Source: a virus
DNA: 64,000 nt
UHGV virus genome: UHGV-0134778
Direction: 5' to 3' (one strand)
Both the position numbers and the translations under genes were made by a program. The notes under the pieces were generated by a model. It was not told the origin of the DNA. It saw only the letters and a list, made by a program, of their open reading frames with translations, and made no database searches. The stretch's first letter is position 1. Every line of letters starts with the position of its first letter. Shown here piece after piece: positions 18,925-27,984 of this stretch.

Positions 18925-19194
18925 ATGAAAATTAAATTATTCAAAACTGAGCTGGCAGACAAAAACTGCGGACTGGTTGAAGGCATGATCGTTGAAGCAC
19001 AACCAGTTGACTACATGAAGGTGGTTCGTGATGCCCTGGGTGAAGGTTTTGATCTGATGGAGCCAGCTCTGCGAGAAGATGTCATCGAGATGGCTAAAAA
19101 GCACACACCGGAAGGTTTGGTAGTGTTTGTTGCACCAGGTAACGGGGAAGAGTTGATTGTAACTCCGGATGTGTATGAGGTTGTAGAAGAGTAA
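18925..19194 (+). CDS. hypothetical small acidic protein, 'VEVVEE-tail' paralog
   Basis: MKIKLFK...VTPDVYEVVEE. Confidence 0.6.
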   Translation: MKIKLFKTELADKNCGLVEGMIVEAQPVDYMKVVRDALGEGFDLMEPALREDVIEMAKKHTPEGLVVFVAPGNGEELIVTPDVYEVVEE

Positions 19195-19286
19195 TCCTGC
19201 TTGGGTTGGAATACTTTCCTCGACAAGAAAGGTTTATAATTATTTGTGGGAAAGGAATCCCCATCTCTTACCAGAGGTGATACTAT

Positions 19287-19550
19287 ATGATTGTTTATTT
19301 TAAAACTTCAGGTGGATACCCTGATTCTCAAAGCTTGATTGGAAAAACGTGCACAGCATACTCACCTCTTGATGAGGAGGTAAGTGGTATCCTACGAGAT
19401 ATGTATCGGATTGATCCACAAGAAGCTTTTGATCAAAACCTTGTATTTGTCAAGGGATCAGACATAAAGTCTTTGGGGGCATTCCCTGAAGCAGATGATG
19501 ATGCTGTTTATTCGTTTATGACACCTTTTGAAGCTATGGTTGTGGGGTAA
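19287..19550 (+). CDS. hypothetical small protein, related to the 'VEVVEE' family
   Basis: MIVYFKTSGGYP...VKGSDIKSLGA...; first gene of duplicated 3-gene module. Confidence 0.55.
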   Translation: MIVYFKTSGGYPDSQSLIGKTCTAYSPLDEEVSGILRDMYRIDPQEAFDQNLVFVKGSDIKSLGAFPEADDDAVYSFMTPFEAMVVG

Positions 19551-19554
19551 GAAT

Positions 19555-19887
19555 ATGAAAGTACGCTTTATTGGTGAAACAATTCCTGTGCATCTCCGGT
19601 CTCCTGAAGACTCTGCAGATCTTGCATCTCAAAAGGCGAGAGGGTATGATAAGAAAGTGATCTCAAGCAATGTAGAGCTTGAGGCCACCAGTCTGCCTGA
19701 CCCAGCTGCATTCTTCAATCATTATGGCTACTATTTTAGCAATCTGATGAATATTGGTGAGCTTGTGTTTATTAGTGGTGGAGAGATAGTTAGCAAGCTT
19801 GGTGGAGATCCGGATATCTTTCATGAAACCTGTCCTTTTGCATTTGTGGTGGGTTCAGATGTGGAAGTTATTGAGGAGGTTCGGTAA
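19555..19887 (+). CDS. hypothetical small acidic protein, 'VEVVEE-tail' paralog (track ORF 19528..19887 trimmed)
   Basis: ATG at 19555 with GGGGTAAG upstream; ...GSDVEVIEEVR. Confidence 0.55.
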   Translation: MKVRFIGETIPVHLRSPEDSADLASQKARGYDKKVISSNVELEATSLPDPAAFFNHYGYYFSNLMNIGELVFISGGEIVSKLGGDPDIFHETCPFAFVVGSDVEVIEEVR

Positions 19888-20282
19888 TGGTAAGTCTATA
19901 CCGTGTTGAGTATAGCTCGGATACTGTATACAACGTAAGAAGCAAAGATCGCAGTGATAGAGTGCAAGAAATGTATGTTCTTGCAGATAGTCCGTTATCT
20001 GCAGCGTTCAAGGCAGGAGCTCTTGCATCTCGTTGGAAATTTGAGGGTGGATCTTTCTATGAAGAAACCCTCGAAGATTCTGTTGTTATTTCTTCTGTAG
20101 AGGTTTCAACCGACTACGAAGGGAAAAAGTTCGTAATGCGGCACCCACACAGCAACATTGCGTACTACTGGGATGTTCTGAACAATGAGTGGACACCTGA
20201 TCTTCAGAAGGCCACTGTTCTAACCCCATTCCTGGCAGATAAGTTCCCACCAGAAGGTAATTTATCTGCACTGTTTCAGTAA
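19887..20282 (+). CDS. hypothetical protein (131 aa), paralog of 17680..18078
   Basis: Shared HPHS..YYW...WTP motif. Confidence 0.6.
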   Translation: MVSLYRVEYSSDTVYNVRSKDRSDRVQEMYVLADSPLSAAFKAGALASRWKFEGGSFYEETLEDSVVISSVEVSTDYEGKKFVMRHPHSNIAYYWDVLNNEWTPDLQKATVLTPFLADKFPPEGNLSALFQ

Positions 20283-20300
20283 TTTTATGCCACACAGGTG

Positions 20301-20329
20301 TTGACAACACCAACCCTGTGTGCAATAAT
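20301..20329 (+). promoter_or_regulatory. sigma70-like promoter with flanking palindrome
   Basis: TTGACA 20301-20306, 17-nt spacer, AATAAT; inverted repeat CACAGG...CCTGTG brackets the -35. Confidence 0.45.
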
Positions 20330-20358
20330 ACCTTCATCTTAACAAGATAGGAGACCGA

Positions 20359-20619
20359 TTGATGAAGATTAAATTGAAAAACCTTGAAACGGCAGAGATT
20401 CAGGAAGGTGTTGATTTCCGTTCTAAAGATGGAGACATCCTAGAGGCGAATGTCCCGACATATAAGTTGATTAAAGGTTTTGGCAACGTTCCGGAGGAGG
20501 ATATTACAGACATTCTTATGATGTTGATCCTTGACGGGACTGTGTTTGTAGGTGAAGGTGAGAACGCTATTGCAATCCCGAGCCATTTTTATGAAGTAGT
20601 TGACGAAGAGGTGCTGTAA
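20359..20619 (+). CDS. hypothetical small acidic protein, 'VEVVEE-tail' paralog
   Basis: MMKIKLKN...SHFYEVVDEEVL. Confidence 0.6.
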   Translation: MMKIKLKNLETAEIQEGVDFRSKDGDILEANVPTYKLIKGFGNVPEEDITDILMMLILDGTVFVGEGENAIAIPSHFYEVVDEEVL

Positions 20620-20970
20620 ATGAAAGTAGAGATCACAGGTTTTGATATGAATGCGGTTCCGGAAGATATTTTAGCTAAACTCCCGGAAGGTTTTGGTAAC
20701 GGTGTTGTGGTTGATGCTGTTCCTCCTACCAAAGACATCCTGCTGCAGTATGGTGTGGCAGAGGAAGATGTTGATAAAGTTCTTACAATGATGGCAATCG
20801 ACCGTGTTGTCGTTGTTAAAGGTCTTGAAGGTTTTGATAACGATCCTCTGATTATTCGTGGTGATGACTATCGTATCATCGACAACGAAGGTCAGGGGTT
20901 CTACGAACCTTCTGCTGAAGATGTTCTTAACTTACTACTGGAAGCAGGTACCGTAGAGGAGGCAGAATAA
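20620..20970 (+). CDS. hypothetical acidic protein (116 aa)
   Basis: Co-oriented; acidic C-terminus GTVEEAE. Confidence 0.5.
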   Translation: MKVEITGFDMNAVPEDILAKLPEGFGNGVVVDAVPPTKDILLQYGVAEEDVDKVLTMMAIDRVVVVKGLEGFDNDPLIIRGDDYRIIDNEGQGFYEPSAEDVLNLLLEAGTVEEAE

Positions 20971-21299
20971 TGAAAATTGATCCGTTACTGAAGGCTCGTG
21001 CAGAAAAAGCATACACTATTAAGCTGACCTCTCTGGTTCCTACTTGTCATCCAGATGTAGGTTGGCCTGAAGGTCTGGTAGAGGGGACTGTAACAGCCGC
21101 ATATCTCCCTAACATCAAATACCTCATGGAGATCTTGGAGATGGATGAGGAAACGGCAGAACAGTTCCAGTTAGACATGAAGCAAAGTGGGACTCTGGTT
21201 ATTCACGGGTGGTATAATACTAAAGATGCAGAAGATCCCCTGGTAACTTCTAATCTGGCATATGAGATCTTAGGGCCTTTGAACTTGGGGGAAGACTAA
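20970..21299 (+). CDS. hypothetical protein (109 aa)
   Basis: Co-oriented packed ORF. Confidence 0.5.
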   Translation: MKIDPLLKARAEKAYTIKLTSLVPTCHPDVGWPEGLVEGTVTAAYLPNIKYLMEILEMDEETAEQFQLDMKQSGTLVIHGWYNTKDAEDPLVTSNLAYEILGPLNLGED

Positions 21300-21586
21300 T
21301 GAAAGATTTGGTTAAGATCAAGATTAAAGACACCAATGGAGAACTCAGCCATTTTGGAATTAACGATGGTGACGAGCTGATCGCCCACCTGCCTACCAAG
21401 GAAGTTGTAAGCAAAGCGGTTGCCGGAGAAGAAGATGCAATGCAGGCTGCAGGTGTGGATGAAAACTATGTAGCAATGTGTATGTGCCGAGATCAGGTTG
21501 TTCTGTATAAAGCGTATCGACCAAATGGAGCACCTGAGTGGCTTGTTTTCCGACCCGAAGGATATGAAATTTTAGAGACGCTATGA
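21299..21586 (+). CDS. hypothetical protein (95 aa)
   Basis: Co-oriented packed ORF. Confidence 0.5.
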   Translation: MKDLVKIKIKDTNGELSHFGINDGDELIAHLPTKEVVSKAVAGEEDAMQAAGVDENYVAMCMCRDQVVLYKAYRPNGAPEWLVFRPEGYEILETL

Positions 21587-21675
21587 TAAATCTTGCCAAG
21601 GTTGCAACGGCACTGTTAATTATTTGCTGGATAGTGACCTTGGCACTATGTCTTGTATTTCATTAAGGGGGCTGT

Positions 21676-21939
21676 ATGAACATCTTGGTGTGGGTTGTAG
21701 CAGTAGCGTTTGTTGCGTGCCTCTCTTGTTGGGTTGCTGTGAGGATTTCTATAGCCACTCTTCGGAAATTAGGGTTCTCAGAGTGGGATATTAATATCCT
21801 TTCTTTTCGCAATGAGACAATCTCAGCCGCCCTGCTGTGTAAGAAGTTTAAGTGGGAACCTTGTGAGGTCATGAACTATCTAAGAACAGGAGATATTCCT
21901 GAGAGATTTAAAAAAGTTCTTGACGGCAAAGACAAATGA
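21676..21939 (+). CDS. hypothetical membrane protein (87 aa)
   Basis: N-terminal hydrophobic helix ILVWVVAVAFVACLSCWVAV. Confidence 0.5.
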   Translation: MNILVWVVAVAFVACLSCWVAVRISIATLRKLGFSEWDINILSFRNETISAALLCKKFKWEPCEVMNYLRTGDIPERFKKVLDGKDK

Positions 21940-22094
21940 TAGTATAGTGACTAACAAGAGGTGAGGAATGACTGATTTTACTGAAGCTTTAATGATGGCC
22001 TTATCTGTTTTAGCGCTATCGGTGTGTTTTGGGGCGTTATTCACATCTCTGGTTAAAGTTTTACATACCATATTCTCACCCAAGGAGCACAGTA

Positions 22095-22346
22095 ATGACG
22101 AAGATTGACTTAAATGCTGGCGACCATGTTGTTGTCAAATGCATCGGGGATTATCTTGGATTCACAATCGGCAATACTTACGAGGCAGTGGTGGCGAAGG
22201 TTTATCATGATAAAGTCCTTAGCCTTGTATTTGACTGTGATGATGACGGAGATGACCGCTACGTCTGTGAGGTGCTGGCACGTGACGATAGTGAAGACCA
22301 GAAATTCCTGGTTATCGAACTGAACGGTATTTTTGTAGAACGTTAA
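22095..22346 (+). CDS. hypothetical protein (track ORF 22029..22346 trimmed)
   Basis: ATG at 22095 preceded by AAGGAG. Confidence 0.5.
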   Translation: MTKIDLNAGDHVVVKCIGDYLGFTIGNTYEAVVAKVYHDKVLSLVFDCDDDGDDRYVCEVLARDDSEDQKFLVIELNGIFVER

Positions 22347-22374
22347 TTTAAAACAATATAAGGAGACTCTTACT

Positions 22375-22680
22375 ATGGCTAAATCTAAAGTTGAACTGTT
22401 CACCTCTCTGCCTTCTGACACTGCAGAGCGTGATCGCCTCCGTAAAACAATTGAAGAGCTGGTGGAACTTCAGCTTCAGATTAAAGATCTGAAAGACGCT
22501 ATCAAGGATATTATTCTTGTAGAGAAACAGGATCACCTGTATTCTCCTAAGTTTATCAAGTCATTGGTGGCTACCGAATTCGATATCCGCTATGAAGCTG
22601 AAAAACGTCGAGCTAAAATCGAAGAAGAGGTTGAGCACATGTCTGAAGCAGACATTCTGTTCAAACGCTCTGCAGAATAA
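22375..22680 (+). CDS. hypothetical coiled-coil protein (101 aa)
   Basis: AAGGAGA RBS; heptad-like charged sequence. Confidence 0.55.
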   Translation: MAKSKVELFTSLPSDTAERDRLRKTIEELVELQLQIKDLKDAIKDIILVEKQDHLYSPKFIKSLVATEFDIRYEAEKRRAKIEEEVEHMSEADILFKRSAE

Positions 22681-22686
22681 CAACGA

Positions 22687-22711
22687 AGAGGGGTCTTGGC
22701 CCCTCTTTTTT
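22687..22711 (+). terminator. intrinsic terminator
   Basis: GAGGGGTC-TTGG-CCCCTC hairpin followed by TTTTTT. Confidence 0.6.
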
Positions 22712-22734
22712 ACTATCTATGAAGGAGATTAGAG

Positions 22735-23061
22735 ATGCTAATGCCGATTACTGTAAAAGAACTAAATGAACGTGATGCAGGAGGCCTGTGGCCTGCACGG
22801 AAAATACGCTGCGTTTATATGAAAGAGAATCTTGAACACCTTGATCAACAGATTGCGGTTGGCGATATTTTCGAAGTTCTCTATTCTAATCGTCGCAACT
22901 GGGAAACCATTCAACCTTCCGGTTTTGTTCTTGCCAGACTTGATACCGGAGAAGTGATTATCCCTGGGCTGGATATTGTCTTCGAAATTATCCAGGAGTG
23001 GGATCCTGATAAGATTAAATATGAAGAGTTATTCGGTGAAGGTATTATCAGGCCTGTATGA
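22735..23061 (+). CDS. hypothetical protein (108 aa)
   Basis: GAAGGAGA RBS. Confidence 0.5.
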   Translation: MLMPITVKELNERDAGGLWPARKIRCVYMKENLEHLDQQIAVGDIFEVLYSNRRNWETIQPSGFVLARLDTGEVIIPGLDIVFEIIQEWDPDKIKYEELFGEGIIRPV

Positions 23062-23369
23062 GGTGGATTATGTCTACAACGACAGCTAAATACTCCTATA
23101 TGCCAGCAACCTCGGCAGAAATAGACTTCAGTTTTGATGTGTTTCCATTGTTTGAGGTGGTTCTGGCATACCCAACAATACTATCTACTCCTGAATCCCT
23201 TGTACCTGTTAAGTTGCAGAACGCTATGCATTCCATGCATTACAACAATAAATGTAGGCACAGATGGTGTCAAGACGAGGAAAAAGATCTGGAGAGTTTG
23301 AAAGATTTTGACAGTCACCTTTTGACACCTTTTAGTTACTCAAACCTAGACAAGCCTTCATGGGTATAG
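23058..23369 (+). CDS. hypothetical protein (103 aa)
   Basis: ATGA overlap with previous gene. Confidence 0.5.
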   Translation: MRWIMSTTTAKYSYMPATSAEIDFSFDVFPLFEVVLAYPTILSTPESLVPVKLQNAMHSMHYNNKCRHRWCQDEEKDLESLKDFDSHLLTPFSYSNLDKPSWV

Positions 23370-23393
23370 CAAAATATCAAATTTAAGGCACAT

Positions 23394-23420
23394 AGGACGC
23401 TATGTGGCGTCCTTTTCTTT
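23394..23420 (+). terminator. intrinsic terminator
   Basis: AGGACGC-TATGTG-GCGTCCT hairpin followed by TTTCTTT. Confidence 0.55.
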
Positions 23421-23582
23421 ATCTGGTGCACGATTCCATACCTTAAGCAGTTAATCTCATTACAGAGCGTTTAAAGGCGGCTTACAAGCAACTCTCTATT
23501 TCGAGCGTAGCGAGAACGCACGTCCGTTTTGACCCAAATCACCATACGCTCGGATTTTAACCAAACCCTCGCGGCGTTTCTG

Positions 23583-23611
23583 TTGACACATTACCGCTCC
23601 AGTGATAATAT
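23583..23611 (+). promoter_or_regulatory. sigma70-like promoter
   Basis: TTGACA 23583-23588, 17-nt spacer, TAATAT 23606-23611. Confidence 0.5.
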
Positions 23612-23631
23612 CCACACATCATTTGGAGAAT

Positions 23632-23733
23632 ATGGGATACACAATGAAAACATTGTCAGAGGTTTTGGTGGTGATCCTGATGATCATTACGTCCATAGTG
23701 GCTGTTGCCGGAATACTCACGGGTGGAACATGA
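23632..23733 (+). CDS. small hydrophobic peptide (33 aa), below track cutoff
   Basis: GGAG RBS 4 nt upstream; MGYTMKTLSEVLVVILMIITSIVAVAGILTGGT; lies inside doubtful track ORF 23529..23942. Confidence 0.4.
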   Translation: MGYTMKTLSEVLVVILMIITSIVAVAGILTGGT

Positions 23734-24063
23734 TAAACACACATGCATCTGAAGAGACATCCAAAGGAGTGACTATATGTCCCTTGGCTGAGCCAGTGAA
23801 AGAGGAAAACTTAGATTCTGAAGATTCTCCATCTTCGCTCCAGGTAGATCCTGAGGCTGATGACCTAACGTGGGAAGACATCGTAGACATCTGGTTCTCC
23901 ATTATGCCTGAGCACGAAGAGTTCAGAGGTGGCAGACTATGAAGCACCGAGCCCACACAGGTTCCTCATGCTAAAGCATGGCCTGAAGAGGCAAACGTGC
24001 ATAATTCCTGTGCATTGGAACGTATAAAACCCTGTTCACACTCTCATTTCTAGAGGAGATTTC

Positions 24064-24279
24064 ATGAAGATAGAAATATTTGGTGGAGCTGACAACACTT
24101 GTGGCCTGATTTACCTCGAATTCGATGAATCGTACCTGCCAGAAGTGTTAAACATGGATTCTGTTGCTGAGGCTTTGGGAGTAAGTCCTAAAGATCTCTA
24201 CTCTGGTGCTGAGATTGATGGTTGGGAGGAGACCATGAACATCGATTTCAGTGAAGTAGGTGATGAACCGCTGGACTGA
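24064..24279 (+). CDS. hypothetical acidic protein (71 aa), last plus-strand gene of block
   Basis: AGAGGAGA RBS upstream. Confidence 0.5.
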   Translation: MKIEIFGGADNTCGLIYLEFDESYLPEVLNMDSVAEALGVSPKDLYSGAEIDGWEETMNIDFSEVGDEPLD

Positions 24280-25802
24280 CACACAATTAGTTGCCCGGCT
24301 AAAGTGCTGGAAGCACCCATAACATCTTCCAACTAAATTTCCTACCAACACAGTTACTTACCCACCACACATGACTGTTTGCTTGTTTAGTGAGCAGTCA
24401 TCCCTTGACATTCTTGCCTATCTTGATAAAATTAAGTTCTTCTCTTTTCTTTTACCGAGTAATTCGGGTTTTCTGTTCTCTTCGGTTTGAAGGGGTATGG
24501 AGATACACCTGAGTGAACAGGGTGAACAACCGAACCTTTAGCTATGGCATTAGCATGGCGAAGCGGACGGGTGACGAAAGAGGGGCCGGAGGACACCAGT
24601 CACTGCCATATAGTATATGGGTGATAACCTGAAGAGTCTGAATAAGTGTTTAAGTACCAGTCAGAGGAAAAGGTGAATGGTAGCCGAAGGGGGAGGGGGG
24701 TTTCTTATATCTTTAATTTGTATACTTTATATACACTTGTAAACCAATTCAATTAGGATCTGTTTACCACACAAAGTGGATGGAGACAAATATCACCTAT
24801 TAAACTTGAATTATTTATAGAAAATACCACAACACTACTTAAGTCTTTGATTTTACACACAAATCCTACAGATACTCACCCTCCATATTTAACATACTTG
24901 TAACATATCCCATACTCTACCTGTCTGATCAATTTACCCAACTACATCCCCATATTTTTCCTGTCTGTACTACCCCTGCCCCGCCGGGAGTCCCGTCATA
25001 TCTGGCTTCCCAGCAAATATCACACCCACAAATATCATTGCCTGAAGAGGGTTTCATCCCATAATACACACCTTGCCTGAAGAGCGATTCATACACCAAC
25101 TAAATTTTTTAATTGACCCCTCCCCGCCGCCGGAGAGGTTGGCTTTTCCCACACAGGCCTGAAGAGTCAGCCAGAAATATCTGAACAGGCCCAGTTATAC
25201 CACGATTTTGACATGACCGACAGGAGTGCTACCCTGTCAGGAGCCGGTAGCGACTGGAGTGCTGCCAGGCGGACGAAATGGGAATACTTCTCATTCTTAT
25301 AACAATTCTCAAATATCGAGGCAGTGAGGCAAATTAATAGGTGAGGCCGTTCACACAGTGGCACAACATTTGCAACCTATCTTGTGGGGTGAATGAGAAT
25401 ACCTATCATTGTGAGAATAGTTATCATTACGGGCAATTTAACATAATACCCATTATGCGCACCACTGGCGATACATACAGGGATTGATAACATGGGTTAC
25501 TGTTTACGCACATAACAATTATATTTCTTACTATTTGTGCGGGATATAGTTAGCAACCAATAGATTAGATATTGACCTGCGGACTTCTGACCGTCCAGAC
25601 GTCTAAACGCCCACACAACAAGGGTTATACATACATTCCTGAATGTAAACAGGGCCGCAAAAATGCTACCATACCAGTTTGTAAATTTTTCATGCAGCAC
25701 TTGACAAAGAGGAGAAAAACTTGTCTGACACTTTTGCCACTTTTGACACTTTTACCTTTGACACAATATGACACAATAACGGCTGTTACTATTCCATATC
25801 TC

Positions 25803-25858
25803 ACTGTTTACGCATAGACTGTTTACGCCTGAATAGTTTACGCCCAAACTGTTTACAC
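25803..25858 (+). repeat. four tandem iteron-like repeats ACTGTTTACGC
   Basis: ACTGTTTACGC at 25803 and 25818, AGTTTACGC at 25835, ACTGTTTACAC at 25848; further copies near 25508 and 26322. Confidence 0.7.
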
Positions 25859-25869
25859 AGAGATGATGA

Positions 25870-26163
25870 GCCATGCCATTCGTTTGCATGAAAACAATTA
25901 ACAAGATAACAATTAACAAGTTAATAATCTTTCGCTGGCTATGCCAGGTGACTAGGTCACCCCTTCGGGCGTTTATATGACATAATATAAAAGCAGGGCA
26001 ACTATTAGAAGATCTATAGTTGCCTTGCTTGTTATGTCATGATTAACTAAATACAAGGCAACTATGATCTGAGTAATAGATTGCAGAAAAACTATCACGG
26101 GGGTGATGGTTACTGCTTTTATATTATGTCGCGACTCCGTCGCGCCATGCCATTCGTTTGCAT
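25870..26163. repeat. composite element: 20-bp direct repeats flanking 18-bp inverted repeats and GGCAACTAT hairpins
   Basis: DR GCCATGCCATTCGTTTGCAT at 25870 and 26144; IR GACATAATATAAAAGCAG (25979-25996) vs CTGCTTTTATATTATGTC (26113-26130); GGCAACTAT/ATAGTTGCC four times; palindromes GGTGACTAGGTCACC and GCGACTCCGTCGC. Confidence 0.7.
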
Positions 26164-26780
26164 AGTTGCCTTATTGTTACAGGTAAAATAATTACATTAT
26201 TAATTATTTCTTATCTTTCTCTTAGTCATCTAATGATTCCAGTCAGTATAGTAATGTACAGTAAACATTAGACGACTAAAGATTTCTCTGTTTATGATAA
26301 CTCATCGTGATAATTTCGGGCTGTTTACGAAAAATGTTGACACCTGAGCTGATTTATGTTATGCAGTCTACACGAATAATTATTTTATGCAGGTATTGAC
26401 TATTCCGTTATTCTGTGGTTGGAATAAATACTTTGCAGGCTATAGAATGGCGTGCGTACGTGAATTCTGAGATCTGGCGGCTATAGTTATACTCGATTTT
26501 TCGCGTAGAACACGCTTTAGATGCTGTGTAAGTGTATGACTTATAAAGATTTTTAGTTGTTGACAAGATATTGGAGATGTGCATCAGGTTAAAATTTGTG
26601 CAATAGCGGCATTACGTGCACTTTTGGGAGAGAAAACGGGTAAAAATGGACTTGCTACCACACAATGAAAAATTATGCAATAGTTATTTTCCATGTATAT
26701 TTGTACAGTATGTGGGATTGATGGCTAGTCAATTATTCCACTTGCCAGGTAGGGCCGTTTATGGTAGGAGAAGAGCAGAC

Positions 26781-26805
26781 AAAAAGAAAGGGGCCTAAGC
26801 CCCTT
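26781..26805 (-). terminator. intrinsic terminator ending the minus-strand block
   Basis: On minus strand AAGGGGC-TTAG-GCCCCTT hairpin followed by TCTTTTT. Confidence 0.6.
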
Positions 26806-26823
26806 GATAATTCAGTTAAAAAA

Positions 26824-27243
26824 TTATAATGATTCGTATATTTCAAAAATCCGATTTGCCAGGTCGTTACGGTAGCTGAATTTTTCCTCACGTTTGATCA
26901 TAAGATCTTTATAGCCGTACTCTTTAAGCACTTCATTAACTTTATGGCGGCATACTTTCATATTATCCTGCGCGTCACCAATAAATCTGTTGCTATGGTG
27001 CATGGCTTTAATTTCTTCTTCCAGGACCAGGGCAACTATGCGGACCGGATCAAGCTGATAGGCGGTAACATCCATGCGGCATTGTAAACGGCTTTTTACG
27101 TCTGCCACCGGATATACTGCAACCTCTTCCCCGTCAACATTGACAATAATTAGTTTACCATCGATTTCGAATCCTTTCGCCGCCGGACCGTGACAAAAAG
27201 CGTTATCAAAGCTATATGCCGGATTATTAGATTTAATGTTCAT
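26824..27243 (-). CDS. hypothetical protein (139 aa)
   Basis: Co-oriented minus-strand ORF. Confidence 0.55.
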   Translation of the reverse strand: MNIKSNNPAYSFDNAFCHGPAAKGFEIDGKLIIVNVDGEEVAVYPVADVKSRLQCRMDVTAYQLDPVRIVALVLEEEIKAMHHSNRFIGDAQDNMKVCRHKVNEVLKEYGYKDLMIKREEKFSYRNDLANRIFEIYESL

Positions 27244-27387
27244 GGTGTTTTTACCTCTTAGTTAATTTTCTTACAACTTCCCTTCAAAAAAGAATATAGC
27301 AAAACTGCCGATCCCTGTCAACCAGGGATAGCGTAATTTTTATGTGATCAAGGGGCTTTATTGCCCCTGACCATGTAACTTGTTGTA

Positions 27388-27651
27388 TTATTTGTTGCTC
27401 ATCCAGTTTTCCCAAGCTGCCTGATAATCTGCCTCACTACGGCGGATCTCTTCTTGCTCTTCAAGGCGGATCTCTTCTTCCAGGTACCCCAAGATGTCAG
27501 CCTTTTTAGTCTGGCGTAGCATCCAGTCATCTTTTTTGCGAGTGAAGATCTTATAAGCTTTCTCGCAAACCTCTTTTTTGCTACCTTTCTGGACTTCAAG
27601 AACACGATAAGCCATATATTGAACTAATTTGAGCTGATCAAGACGTTTCAT
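27388..27651 (-). CDS. hypothetical protein (87 aa)
   Basis: AAAGAGG RBS; upstream GC hairpin. Confidence 0.55.
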   Translation of the reverse strand: MKRLDQLKLVQYMAYRVLEVQKGSKKEVCEKAYKIFTRKKDDWMLRQTKKADILGYLEEEIRLEEQEEIRRSEADYQAAWENWMSNK

Positions 27652-27711
27652 GATGTTTACCTCTTTGTGCGGTTCTGATTAGTGGGCCTTTTGGCCCGTG
27701 TCATTATCTTA

Positions 27712-27984
27712 TTACTTATGGCGGCAGAATTCAAGCGTTTTTAATTGATAATCTTCCTCAGCTTGGAGTACGACCGCCTCGATCATTTCGTTGGCATTGT
27801 TAAAGCCATAACCTTTAGCGAACTCATCCGCGCCACCTTCGTGATCATGTTCTGCGTTCATCGCTTCCACAAAATGGAATTCCAAATTGTTGAGGTAGGG
27901 GCTTGATGTTCCGTCCTCTTTTTCGATGAGATCCCAAATAGCATTAAAACGTGATTCGACTTCTTGATTAATCCAGCTTGACAT
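27712..27984 (-). CDS. hypothetical acidic protein (90 aa)
   Basis: GGAGAGAGG RBS; upstream GC hairpin. Confidence 0.55.
   Translation of the reverse strand: MSSWINQEVESRFNAIWDLIEKEDGTSSPYLNNLEFHFVEAMNAEHDHEGGADEFAKGYGFNNANEMIEAVVLQAEEDYQLKTLEFCRHK

Noticed and set aside
23529-23942. Track ORF of 137 aa on the plus strand
   Set aside because: A well-formed sigma70-like promoter and a short RBS-led peptide gene lie inside it, and the region between the terminator at 23420 and 23600 has no RBS for the ATG at 23529. Probably not coding as drawn, though it was not disproved.
25690-26330. Possible CRISPR array in the repeat-rich region
   Set aside because: The repeats are heterogeneous (iterons, inverted repeats, nested palindromes) rather than one direct repeat regularly interspaced with unique spacers; no cas genes or leader are present.
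24280-26820. tRNA gene cluster in the gene-free region
   Set aside because: No cloverleaf-compatible segments with a T-loop consensus (GGTTCGAATCC-like) were found by eye. This cannot be fully excluded without a tRNA search tool.
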